A DNA stretch of 32,000 bases from an uncultured Actinomycetes bacterium (lineage in GTDB: Bacteria > Actinomycetota > Actinomycetes > S36-B12 > CAIYMF01), in contig CAWJMG010000003.1 in assembly GCA_963843975.1 (NCBI GenBank), forward strand, positions 1,560,001 to 1,592,000, given 5' to 3'. The notes beneath the pieces are model-generated. The model had not been told where the DNA came from, did no database searches, and was given only the letters and a program-made list of their open reading frames with translations. Both the position numbers and the translations under genes were made by a program. Of this stretch, positions 1-7,779 are shown in pieces (the first letter of the stretch is position 1; each line of letters opens with the position of its first letter).

Positions 1-204
1 GGGCAGCCGGTGGACGCGGTTCCACAGGATCTCTATCAGCACCATGGCCACGGCGGTCGCGAGGGAGACCACCAGGGAGCGCTGGTACGGCTCGATGGGC
101 CAGTCGGTCGAGAGGAACACGGTGGTCGTGCCGACCACCAGCCCGACGAGCCCGGCGAGCAGCCCGGTCGCCGATTCCGGCCTCTCCGTCATGCCGCCGA
201 TCAT
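1..204 (-). CDS. Hypothetical membrane protein, N-terminal part only (gene runs off the left edge of the window)
   Basis: The minus-strand frame is open from the window edge up to ATG at 204, with an alternative in-frame ATG at 192. The translation is M(IGGM)TERPESATGLLAGLVGLVVGTTTVFLSTDWPIEPYQRSLVVSLATAVAMVLIEILWNRVHRLP. It has hydrophobic helix-like stretches and nearly all G/C at codon position 3. It is absent from the ORF track because it has no stop inside the window. No family motif recognised. Confidence 0.5.
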   Translation of the reverse strand, partial: MIGGMTERPESATGLLAGLVGLVVGTTTVFLSTDWPIEPYQRSLVVSLATAVAMVLIEILWNRVHRLP

Positions 205-316
205 GGCAGGGGCATCGCCCGACCTCCGGGACGCTCACTCGGTCGAGTGGCCCGCGACCTGATGCCGACCCGAACCCGCCTAGGCTCCGGGACCGGGTCG
301 GTGCAGGGAGGCATCC

Positions 317-1480
317 GTGGAGACGCACGTCAGCACCACGACGCGTCCGCGCGTGGTGATCGTCGACGTCCACGCATCCGACTCCTTCCGCGAGTTCGCC
401 TCGGCGCTGCGCACGCGCGGCGTCGACGTGATCCACCTGCGGCCGCCGTACTCAGGGCGGGGCAGCGGGTTCAAGAAGAGGGCCGACGCCCTGGCGGGAC
501 CTGTGGTGCCGCTCGAGGTCGACCTGTCGGGCGACAGCCCGCAGGCAGAGGACGTCCGGCGACAGGTGCTGGGCGCACCGACGGTCGACGTGCACGCCAC
601 CGAGCCGGTCCTCGCGTCGCTGAGCCAGACGCCCGAGTGGCGGGCGAATCCCGCCCTGCGCAAGGTCGGTCCCGACCGGACGCTGCTGCAGGTGCTGGAC
701 AAGTGGGAGGCGTCCCGGCTCGCGCACGACGCCGGCGTACGGGTGCCGCAGGCATGGACCAGCCTCGAGACCGACGAGTTCCCCATCATGGTGAAGGGCC
801 GTCTCGGGGTGGGCGGCATGTTCGTCCGCATCGCGCACGACCAGGAGGAGCTGGCGCAGGCGGTGGGCGACTTCCGGTCCGACGGCGTCGAGCCCTTCCT
901 CGAGCGCCACCACCCGCACGTGACCGGAGTCGGCACGGGCGGTGTGTGCCGCGACGGGCGGCTCCTGGCACTCGCGACGTACGAGCGGCTGCACGACCCC
1001 GAGCAGCCCCTAGCGCCGTCGATCGCCGTCCGCGCGTACCACTCGGCGGAGGCCGAGGAGGCGACCGAGCGGCTCATGGCCGCGATCGGCTACACGGGGA
1101 TCTTCTGCCTCAACTTCGTGCCGGACGCCGAGGGCCGCCCGCTGCTGATCGACATCAACACCCGCGCCTTCGGCACCTGGGCCAGCCTGGACCTGCTGGG
1201 CGTGCGCATCCTCGACAGCTATCTGGAGCTGATCGGGGTCGGCCCCAGCGCACCGCCGGAGCAGCTGGACCCGGCACGCTGGCTCACCGTGGCGCGGGTC
1301 GGCCACGTCGCGGGCGGCTCCTGGCGCGAGGCCTGGGACGAGACACGGACCATGGGCCGGGTCGTCCTCGAGCAGCGCCCGTTGCTCGGCTGGGGGTGGA
1401 CGGCGGCTACCGGGCTGCGCGTGGTGCAGACCGGCATCCAGAGCGCTGCAGCCGTCCTGCGCTCGCGCCGCCGCGGGTGA
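317..1480 (+). CDS. ATP-grasp domain protein (carboxylate-amine ligase-like), substrate unknown, copy 1
   Basis: GTG at 317 is preceded by GGGAGG (306-311); 387 aa. The layout is typical of ATP-grasp ligases. There is an N-terminal pre-ATP-grasp segment (RVVIVDVHASDSFREF), a central KWEASRLAHDAGVRVPQ...FPIMVKGRLGVGGMFVRI, and a C-terminal GYTGIFCLNFVPDAEGRPLLIDINTRAFG. It is a paralogue of 2571-3726. Confidence 0.8.
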   Translation: METHVSTTTRPRVVIVDVHASDSFREFASALRTRGVDVIHLRPPYSGRGSGFKKRADALAGPVVPLEVDLSGDSPQAEDVRRQVLGAPTVDVHATEPVLASLSQTPEWRANPALRKVGPDRTLLQVLDKWEASRLAHDAGVRVPQAWTSLETDEFPIMVKGRLGVGGMFVRIAHDQEELAQAVGDFRSDGVEPFLERHHPHVTGVGTGGVCRDGRLLALATYERLHDPEQPLAPSIAVRAYHSAEAEEATERLMAAIGYTGIFCLNFVPDAEGRPLLIDINTRAFGTWASLDLLGVRILDSYLELIGVGPSAPPEQLDPARWLTVARVGHVAGGSWREAWDETRTMGRVVLEQRPLLGWGWTAATGLRVVQTGIQSAAAVLRSRRRG

Positions 1481-1481
1481 T

Positions 1482-1510
1482 CCGGCCGGGCGCGGTGAGC
1501 GCCCGACCGG
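1482..1510. terminator. Hairpin between convergent ATP-grasp-1 and padR 3' ends (candidate bidirectional terminator)
   Basis: CCGGCCGGGCGC (1482-1493) and GCGCCCGACCGG (1499-1510) pair with one mismatch around a 5-nt loop. The hairpin lies in the 39-bp gap between two converging stop codons. There is no U-tract. Confidence 0.45.
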
Positions 1511-1519
1511 ACCGACGGG

Positions 1520-2227
1520 TCATGACCCGTCCTCGTCCTCCGCGAGCAGGCGGTAGAGGTCGCGGCGCGCGGTCTTGAGGACCTCGCGCGCGGCCGCCAG
1601 CTGCTCGGGCGTGCCGGCCTGCACGACCTGGAAGGCCGCGCCCGCGACGCCGGCGATGAGCTGGCGCAGGTCGGTCACCCCCTCGTCCTCGGCCTCGGCC
1701 GAGTTCAGGTCGAACACCTTCGCGAGCTCGTCCGTGCGCTCCGCGACGTAGGCCGTGCCGGCCGGGGTGAGCGAGAAGACCCGCTTGCCCTCGACCTTCT
1801 CGTCGTCCACGAGGCCCTCGTCCTGCAGGACCGAGAGGGCCGGGTACACCGAGCCGGGGCTGGGCTTCCATGCCCCACCGCTGCGCTCGCTGATCTCCTG
1901 GATGACCTGGTAGCCGTGACGGGGCTCCTCGGCGAGGAGCGCGAGGATGGCGGTGCGGACGTCGCCGCGACCCGCCCGTCCAGCGCGTCCCCCGCGACCG
2001 CGCGGGCCGGGGCCGAACGGCCACCCGCCCTCGGGACCGCCGGGGCCTCCGGGGCCGGGGCCCCATCCGCCGCGCGGGCCCATCGGCCCGCCCCACTGGC
2101 CGTGCCGGCCGCGGCCGGTCATGTGCGCCTTCATCCGGCGCCTGACCTCCTCGACCGGGAACTCGAAGCCGCGGGCACCCGGGTGGAAGCCCGGACCCCA
2201 GCTGGCTGCATCTGCTGTCGCATTCAT
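1520..2227 (-). CDS. PadR-family transcriptional regulator with Gly/Pro/Arg-rich N-terminal extension
   Basis: ATG at 2227 has GGAGA just upstream; 235 aa. RTAILALLAEEPRHGYQVIQEISERSGGAWKPSPGSVYPALSVLQDEGLV is the PadR winged-helix signature. The longer track ORF (to 2464) adds upstream sequence that does not look coding. Confidence 0.9.
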   Translation of the reverse strand: MNATADAASWGPGFHPGARGFEFPVEEVRRRMKAHMTGRGRHGQWGGPMGPRGGWGPGPGGPGGPEGGWPFGPGPRGRGGRAGRAGRGDVRTAILALLAEEPRHGYQVIQEISERSGGAWKPSPGSVYPALSVLQDEGLVDDEKVEGKRVFSLTPAGTAYVAERTDELAKVFDLNSAEAEDEGVTDLRQLIAGVAGAAFQVVQAGTPEQLAAAREVLKTARRDLYRLLAEDEDGS

Positions 2228-2264
2228 TGCGTCTCCTTCGTGACCCGATCCTTCGGGTCCGTCA

Positions 2265-2303
2265 GCGATGGTCGATCCATCGCGATGGCTCGACGATATA
2301 TCG
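2265..2303. promoter_or_regulatory. Cluster of nested palindromes in the divergent padR / ATP-grasp-2 control region (candidate operator)
   Basis: GCGATGG-TCGAT-CCATCGC spans 2265-2283. A perfect 12-bp palindrome CCATCGCGATGG spans 2277-2288. A perfect 10-bp palindrome CGATATATCG spans 2294-2303. All lie 38-76 bp upstream of the padR start, in the only visibly AT-richer stretch of this region. Confidence 0.4.
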
Positions 2304-2570
2304 CCGACTGTCGCCGAGTCAACCCCTCTGATCAGCGAATCTGCGGGGGGCGGCCGGAGCAGCGGTCGCGCCGCCCGCTCGGCGGCTGCCGGCGGTCGGC
2401 AGGTCCGGTCGGGAGGTCGCGGGTCCCGGGCCGGGAGATCCGATCCAGGACGCGCGTTCAGCACGGGCCTTCCGGGGGCTGTTCATCCCCCGGTCACCTT
2501 CGTGCGCCACGCTGTCGCGACGGATTGACTGACCGCACCCCGCCCCGCAGGGTCCGGCTGCGGAGGGGAC

Positions 2571-3726
2571 ATGCACACGAGCGCCACGAGCGCGCCGCCA
2601 CGCGTCGTCATCGTCGACCTCCACGTGTCCGACTCGTTCCGCGAGTTCGACAGCGCCCTGCGCCAGCGGGGCGTGGACGTCCTCTACCTGCGGCCGCCGC
2701 ACTCCGGTCGTGCCCGCGCAGCCAAGCGTGCGGTCGACCGTCTCCTCGGACCGAGCCTGCCCCTGCCCCCCGACCTCTTCGGCGACACGGACGAGGCGCG
2801 CGCGCTGCGACGTCAGGCGCTCAGCTCGCCGACCGTCGACGTGCACGCGACCGAGCCGGTGCTCGCGCGACTGTCGGCCACCGAGGAGTGGAGGGCCAAC
2901 CCTGCGCTCGCAAAGGTGCGCCCCGGCATCGAGCTGCGCGAGGTCGTCGACAAGCTCGAGGTGGCGCGGCTTGCGACGTCTGCAGAGGTCGCCGTCCCGC
3001 ACACGTCGACCGAGCTCACAACCGACCGTTTCCCCGTGGTGGTCAAGGGATCCCTCGGCGCGGGCGGGATGTCGGTACGGGTGGCGGCCGACGAGACCGA
3101 GGCTAGCCGAGGCCGTGCGGGCCGTGTCCGCCGACGGCGACCGCGTATACCTCGAGCGCTACCACCCTGGAGGGACGCTCGGCACCTGCGGCGTCGCGCG
3201 TGACGGCGCGGTGCTCGTGCAGGGCGCGTACGAGCGGACGCCGAGCCCGTCCGACCCGTTGGGCCCGCCCGTCTCGATCCGCCTCATCGACGACGCCGGC
3301 GCTCTCGCCGCGTCGGAGCGGCTGATCGGCGCCCTCGGCTACACCGGCATCTGGTGCCTGAACTTCGTGCGCGACGAGGACGGCACGCCGCTGCTGATCG
3401 ACGTCAACGTGCGCGCCTTCGGGTCGTGGCTGTCGATCGACGACGCCGGCGTCCCGATCCTCGACTCGTACCTCGACCTCGTCGGCGTGGGCGCACCCGT
3501 GCCGCAACCGCCCATCGCGGACGGCCCGTGGCTCGACGTGGCGCGCGTCGGTGTCACGCAGGACGCGTCGCTCGCCAGCGCCTTGCGCGGCACGGCCGCG
3601 ACCAGCCGGCTGGTGTGGTCGCGCCGCGGCCGGCTCGGGTGGGGATGGATGATCTCGACGCAGCTGAGGGTGGCTCAGGCCGGAGCCGGAGTCGCCTGGC
3701 GCGGGCTGACGGGACCGCGCACCTAG
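2571..3726 (+). pseudogene. ATP-grasp domain protein, copy 2, interrupted by a +1 frameshift near 3102
   Basis: ATG at 2571 follows GGAGGGG. The first frame reads MHTSATSAPPRVVIVDLHVSDSFREF...VVVKGSLGAGGMSVRVAADETE, then runs into junk and stops at 3203. Homology to copy 1 continues in the +1 frame from 3103: LAEAVRAVSADGDRVYLERYHP...GYTGIWCLNFVRDEDGTPLLIDVNVRAFG, ending at TAG 3724-3726. The junction is GAG-G-CTA-GCC, one extra base relative to the copy 1 alignment. Confidence 0.8.
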
Positions 3727-4514
3727 CCGACGAGGCGGCGCTCGTCGTCCTCGACGCGGCGCATGCTCGCCGGCTCGCCGCGCAGCCGGCCGACGAGCAG
3801 CGCCAGGGTCTCGGAGTCGACACCGTGGTCGAGCAGCCAGTGCGCTGCACCGCCGCGCGCACGCAGGTGGCCGAGGAAGAGGCGCATCGCCTCCTCGGAC
3901 GGCTGCTGCGCCGCCCAGTCCGGTGCCGCCAGGTGCGGGTACGCCGGACGCGCACCGAGCCGCATGAGCACGGGCACGAGCCGCTCGGCTGTCAGGAGGT
4001 AGTCCTCGACGACGGCGTCGTCGTCTGCACCGGCCAGCTTCAGGAGCAGCGCGCTCACGATCCCTGTGCGGTCCTTGCCGACGGCGCAGTGCACGTAGAG
4101 GGCGCAGCGCGACCAGGCCGTGCGCGCGAGCGCGTCGGCGAGGCGGAAGCCCCCGTTGTGGAGGTAGGTCGCGTACTGGTCCCCGACGGCCGCCGCCTCG
4201 GACACCCGGCCGATCGGGTCGTCGAGGACGCTGGCGTGGGCGAGCGGGACGAGCTCGTGCAGCACGTCGCTGCGCTGGTACGCGGCCTCGAGCAGGCCGT
4301 CGCCGTCCGCCTCGCGCTCGTCGGGCTCGCGGAGGTCCAGCACGTGCCGCACGCCGAGGCTGCGGAAGCGGTCGAGGCCCTCGGGCGTCAGGTGCACCAC
4401 CGTCTCGCCGCGCAGCACGACGCCGAACGCGGTGGTGCCGCCGTCCGCGAGCGGCACACCGCCCAGGTCGCGGGCGTTGTGCAGGCCGTCGATGTCCACC
4501 CATCGGTTGGTCAT
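3723..4514 (-). CDS. Protein tyrosine/serine phosphatase-like protein (CX5R family)
   Basis: 263 aa. The P-loop HCAVGKDRTG matches C-X5-R-(S/T). The N-terminal GLHNARDLGG is typical of the bacterial Tyr-phosphatase-like family. Codon position 3 is strongly G/C. Confidence 0.85.
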   Translation of the reverse strand: MTNRWVDIDGLHNARDLGGVPLADGGTTAFGVVLRGETVVHLTPEGLDRFRSLGVRHVLDLREPDEREADGDGLLEAAYQRSDVLHELVPLAHASVLDDPIGRVSEAAAVGDQYATYLHNGGFRLADALARTAWSRCALYVHCAVGKDRTGIVSALLLKLAGADDDAVVEDYLLTAERLVPVLMRLGARPAYPHLAAPDWAAQQPSEEAMRLFLGHLRARGGAAHWLLDHGVDSETLALLVGRLRGEPASMRRVEDDERRLVG

Positions 4515-4599
4515 GCACCCACGGTGACCGCCCCACCCCCGTCCGCGAGGACGCGCGTGCGAACGGCAGGCGAACGTCCGACGTACTCCTGGTGCGCAC

Positions 4600-4648
4600 G
4601 CCGGAGGGCCGGCACCGGGAGCTCGCTCCGCGGTGCCGGCCCTCCGGC
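4600..4648 (-). terminator. Long perfect hairpin 15 nt downstream of the S8 protease stop
   Basis: GCCGGAGGGCCGGCACCG (4600-4617) and CGGTGCCGGCCCTCCGGC (4631-4648) are perfect 18-nt inverted repeats. The loop GGAGCTCGCTCCG can extend the stem. There is no clear U-tract. Confidence 0.55.
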
Positions 4649-4662
4649 CGTTCAGCCTGCTG

Positions 4663-6885
4663 CTACTTCGTGACGGTCAGGAGCACCGCGTGCGCGACCT
4701 CGACGCCGCCCGTGGCCACCCGCAGGAAGCCCTGCTTGAAGCCGGCCGGGGCCGCCTTGGCCGCCGTGGCCTTGACGGTGACCGTCGCGGAGGCACCGGC
4801 CGCGAGAGTCACCGACGAGGTGCCGAGCGAGTAGGTCACGCCGGTCGGCTGGTCGGTGACCGACAGGGCGAAGGTCGCCGTCGTGGCACCGGTGTTGGTG
4901 ACCGTGATCGTCGCCGAGCGCGTCTGGCCGCTGCCGGCCGGGACCCCGCCGAACGCGAGGCTGACCGGGCCGAGGACGACCGGGGCCTTGACCGCTGCCG
5001 CAAGGTTCTCGAGGCCCGCGCCCACGACGAGCACGTCGTTGGTGACGGTCGCGGTCTTGTAGTCCTTCAGCACGTTCTGCGTCGCGGTGTTCACGATCGC
5101 CGAGCGCACCTGCTCCGCCGTCCAGTCGCGGTGCTGGCCGCGCACGACCGCCGCCGAGCCGGCCAGGTGCGGCGAGGCCATCGACGTGCCGCTGAAGAAC
5201 GCGAAGCAGCCGGTGGCGTCGGCGCAGTCGGCCATCGGGATGGACGAGAGCACGTTGACGCCGGGGGCGACGACGTCCGGCTTGGCGCGGAGGCTCACGT
5301 CGACCGGGCCCTGGCTCGAGAAGCCGGCCATGACGTTCGCGTTCGTCGTCAGCTGGTAGCCGAGCGCGGCGCCGATCGTCGCGGACTTCCCGGTGAGCGG
5401 GATCAGCGAGGCGCCGTAGGAGCCGCCGACCATGTACGCCGGGATGACCGGAGCGGGGTCGGTGCCGTCGGACGCCATCGCGGTGGGGTCGCCGGCCACG
5501 TTGTTGACCACGATCGCCGCGACCGCGCCGGCGTCCTGGGCGTTGCGCACCTTGGTCGTGAAGGTGCAGCCACCGCGTGACACGACGGCGATCTTGCCGG
5601 TGAGGCTCCCCGCGGTGAGGGCGGTGCACGCGTCGCTGAATCCGTTGGTCGTGCCGGTCACGACGCCGAGCGGCGCGGTGAGGTCCGCCGACACGGTGGC
5701 GAAGTCGCCGGCGGCGATCAGGTACGGCGACGGCGCGGTGGCCACGGTGAGCGAGGCGCCGACGAAGTGCGGGACAGCGCTCGCACCCGCGGTCAGCGCA
5801 CGCTCCGCGGAGCCGGGCGAGCCGAGGGTGAACGGACCGGGGCCCTCGTTGCCCGCCGACACCGCGACGACCATGTTGGCCCGGTCGAGGTTGTCGACGG
5901 CGATCGTGAGCAGGTCCTGCACGCCATGGGCGTCGCCGCCGAGGCTCATGTTCGCGACGTCCATGCCGTCGGAGTACGCGGCCTCGAGCGCGTTGAGGAT
6001 GTCCTCCGACCGCGCGTTCTCGACGTCACCGGGGAAGACGTTGTAGTTGCCGAGGAGAGCGGCAGGCGCGACGCCCGACATCTTGTAGGGAACCGCGACA
6101 CCGTCGACGGTGACCGGGGTCTGGAAGTTGCAGGCCACCGTGCCGGCGACGTGCGTGCCGTGGTCGCCGACACCCTGGGCGTCGAAGCCGTTCTGGTTGA
6201 GCTTCATGTTGAAGACGCGGGCGACGATCACCTTGTTGTTCGTGTACTTCTTGTCGCCGAGCTGCGTCTGAGCCGGGTAGCCGGCCTCGCTGAAGCACGG
6301 GTGAGTCTGGTCGATGCCCGAGTCGACGATCGCGACCTTGACGCCCTGACCGGCACCGGCAGCACCTCCCGAGCCCCAGCCCGCGGTCGCGTTGATGAGG
6401 GCGAGGTCGGGGTCGGCCACCGCAGCGCTGGTGGGCGTGTAGATGCCCTCGTACTGCGCCTGGGCGACCATCGGGGTCGCCGCCACCTGGGCGAGCGTGG
6501 CTCCGTTGAGCTTGACGGCGACGGCGTTGAGGGCGATGTCGAACTCACCGCTGACCGAGGCACCAGGCACGTTGGCGCGCAGCCAGGCCTTGTAGTCGTT
6601 GCGGGCCTTGGACAGCAGGGCGCGGTAGGACTTCGTCACCGAGTTGTTGAAGTCGATCTTCTTGCCCTTGGCGGGCTTGGTCTTGTCCGCCGTCGAGAGG
6701 GGAGCCATCGTGAGCTGCACGAGGGCGAGCGAGGTGTCCACCGTCGTCTTCGACGCGGTCGCGTCGTTGGTCGGCGTCGCACCGGCCGGGCCGGCCAGAG
6801 GTGCGACGGTGAGCGCGACGGCGAGCGCGGCCGCTGCGGTGGCAGCGGCGGCGGTACGGCGCGCGGTGGAGGTCGTACGGAGCAT
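4663..6885 (-). CDS. Secreted subtilisin-like serine protease (peptidase S8 with inhibitor-I9 propeptide and PA-domain insert)
   Basis: ATG at 6885 has GGAGA upstream; 740 aa. The signal-like N-terminus is MLRTTSTARRTAAAATAAAALAVALTVAPLAGPAGA. The catalytic triad contexts are VAIVDSGID, HGTHVAGT and SGTSMASPHLAG. The PA-like insert is GKIAVVSRGGCTFTTKVRNAQDAGAVAAIVVNN. The 841-aa track ORF is over-extended at its 5' end. Confidence 0.9.
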   Translation of the reverse strand: MLRTTSTARRTAAAATAAAALAVALTVAPLAGPAGATPTNDATASKTTVDTSLALVQLTMAPLSTADKTKPAKGKKIDFNNSVTKSYRALLSKARNDYKAWLRANVPGASVSGEFDIALNAVAVKLNGATLAQVAATPMVAQAQYEGIYTPTSAAVADPDLALINATAGWGSGGAAGAGQGVKVAIVDSGIDQTHPCFSEAGYPAQTQLGDKKYTNNKVIVARVFNMKLNQNGFDAQGVGDHGTHVAGTVACNFQTPVTVDGVAVPYKMSGVAPAALLGNYNVFPGDVENARSEDILNALEAAYSDGMDVANMSLGGDAHGVQDLLTIAVDNLDRANMVVAVSAGNEGPGPFTLGSPGSAERALTAGASAVPHFVGASLTVATAPSPYLIAAGDFATVSADLTAPLGVVTGTTNGFSDACTALTAGSLTGKIAVVSRGGCTFTTKVRNAQDAGAVAAIVVNNVAGDPTAMASDGTDPAPVIPAYMVGGSYGASLIPLTGKSATIGAALGYQLTTNANVMAGFSSQGPVDVSLRAKPDVVAPGVNVLSSIPMADCADATGCFAFFSGTSMASPHLAGSAAVVRGQHRDWTAEQVRSAIVNTATQNVLKDYKTATVTNDVLVVGAGLENLAAAVKAPVVLGPVSLAFGGVPAGSGQTRSATITVTNTGATTATFALSVTDQPTGVTYSLGTSSVTLAAGASATVTVKATAAKAAPAGFKQGFLRVATGGVEVAHAVLLTVTK

Positions 6886-7302
6886 CGAGGTCTCCTCGTC
6901 GACGAGCACGGGTGAAGGGCCCGCGAGACCGCGGCCCGACGGCTGAACGGCGCGACAGGGCCGCCCGTTACGCGGCACGCCTGCGATCGGCACCGGGATC
7001 GCTCGTCCGGGTGACGGCGGAGACCACGTGCGCTCCGGTGCTCGCGGAGGTGCCTGCCCAGGCGTCCCGCCGAGCGGATCGCCCAGGCGGCGTCCGCGCA
7101 TCGGTCGCTGCGATCGGCCACGCAGATGCGGACACATATGCCGCCCGAGTCCCGCGTCCGCGGAGAAGGTCTCAGCGCAGGGTCCCACGTCCCCGGAACA
7201 CCCGCGCAGCCCGGCCGACCGGGGGTACGTTCCGCGGCACGGGCGACGGCAGTCCGGGAGGTCGCCGTCACTCCCACCCCTCCAACCCCAGGGAGATCAT
7301 CG

Positions 7303-7779
7303 ATGACCCATATCGGAGTCACGGTCGACGGGATCCTGCGGCACGGCGACGTGGAGCCCCGACGGCTCCTCGTCCACTGGCTGCGCGAAGACCTCGGCCT
7401 CGTCGGAACACCCGTCGGATGCGACACGTCGAACTGCGGCGCCTGCACCGTCCTGATCGACGGCCGCAGCGCCAAGTCGTGCAGCGTGCTCGCCGTCCAG
7501 GCGGACGGCACGAGCGTCACGACCATCCAGGGTCTCGCCGACGGCGACGAGTGGCACCCCGTCCAGAAGGCGTTCAAGGAGTGCCACGGCCTCCAGTGCG
7601 GCTTCTGCACCCCCGGCATGGTCCTGGCCTCGGTCGACCTGCTGTCGGAGAACCCCGACCCCACCGAGCAGGAGATCCGCGAGGGCCTCGAGGGCAACCT
7701 CTGCCGCTGCACCGGGTACCACAACATCGTGAAGGCCGTCGCGACCGCGGCAGCCGAGATGAAGGGGGCGTCGGCATGA
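7303..7779 (+). CDS. (2Fe-2S)-binding small subunit of a CODH/xanthine-dehydrogenase-family molybdoenzyme (form II-type cluster)
   Basis: ATG at 7303 is preceded by GGGAGA (7291-7296); 158 aa. The two [2Fe-2S] cysteine clusters are [12 protein letters not shown] and CGFCTPGM...CRCTGY. Confidence 0.92.
   Translation: MTHIGVTVDGILRHGDVEPRRLLVHWLREDLGLVGTPVGCDTSNCGACTVLIDGRSAKSCSVLAVQADGTSVTTIQGLADGDEWHPVQKAFKECHGLQCGFCTPGMVLASVDLLSENPDPTEQEIREGLEGNLCRCTGYHNIVKAVATAAAEMKGASA

Noticed and set aside
10-1578. 522-aa plus-strand ORF and other long overlapping ORFs at 280-1480
   Set aside because: They are off-frame or antisense to the ATP-grasp gene at 317-1480. They are Arg/Pro/Gly-rich and lack the position-3 G/C bias of the real frame.
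2268-2528. 86-aa ORF upstream of ATP-grasp copy 2 as a possible graspetide/RiPP precursor
   Set aside because: It has no RBS. Its position-3 G/C bias is clearly weaker than in the real genes. It is Gly/Arg/Ser low-complexity. It overlaps the palindrome-rich promoter region. There is no equivalent ORF upstream of copy 1.
3723-3726. Convergent ATP-grasp-2 and phosphatase genes share the palindromic CTAG as overlapping TAG stops
   Set aside because: This is real in the sequence, but it is a trivial consequence of a 4-bp convergent overlap. No functional implication can be supported.
6886-7302. Moco riboswitch upstream of the molybdoenzyme operon
   Set aside because: I looked for the conserved elements as I remember them and found only vague resemblance. 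By eye I cannot support a call. A cmsearch with RF01055 is needed.
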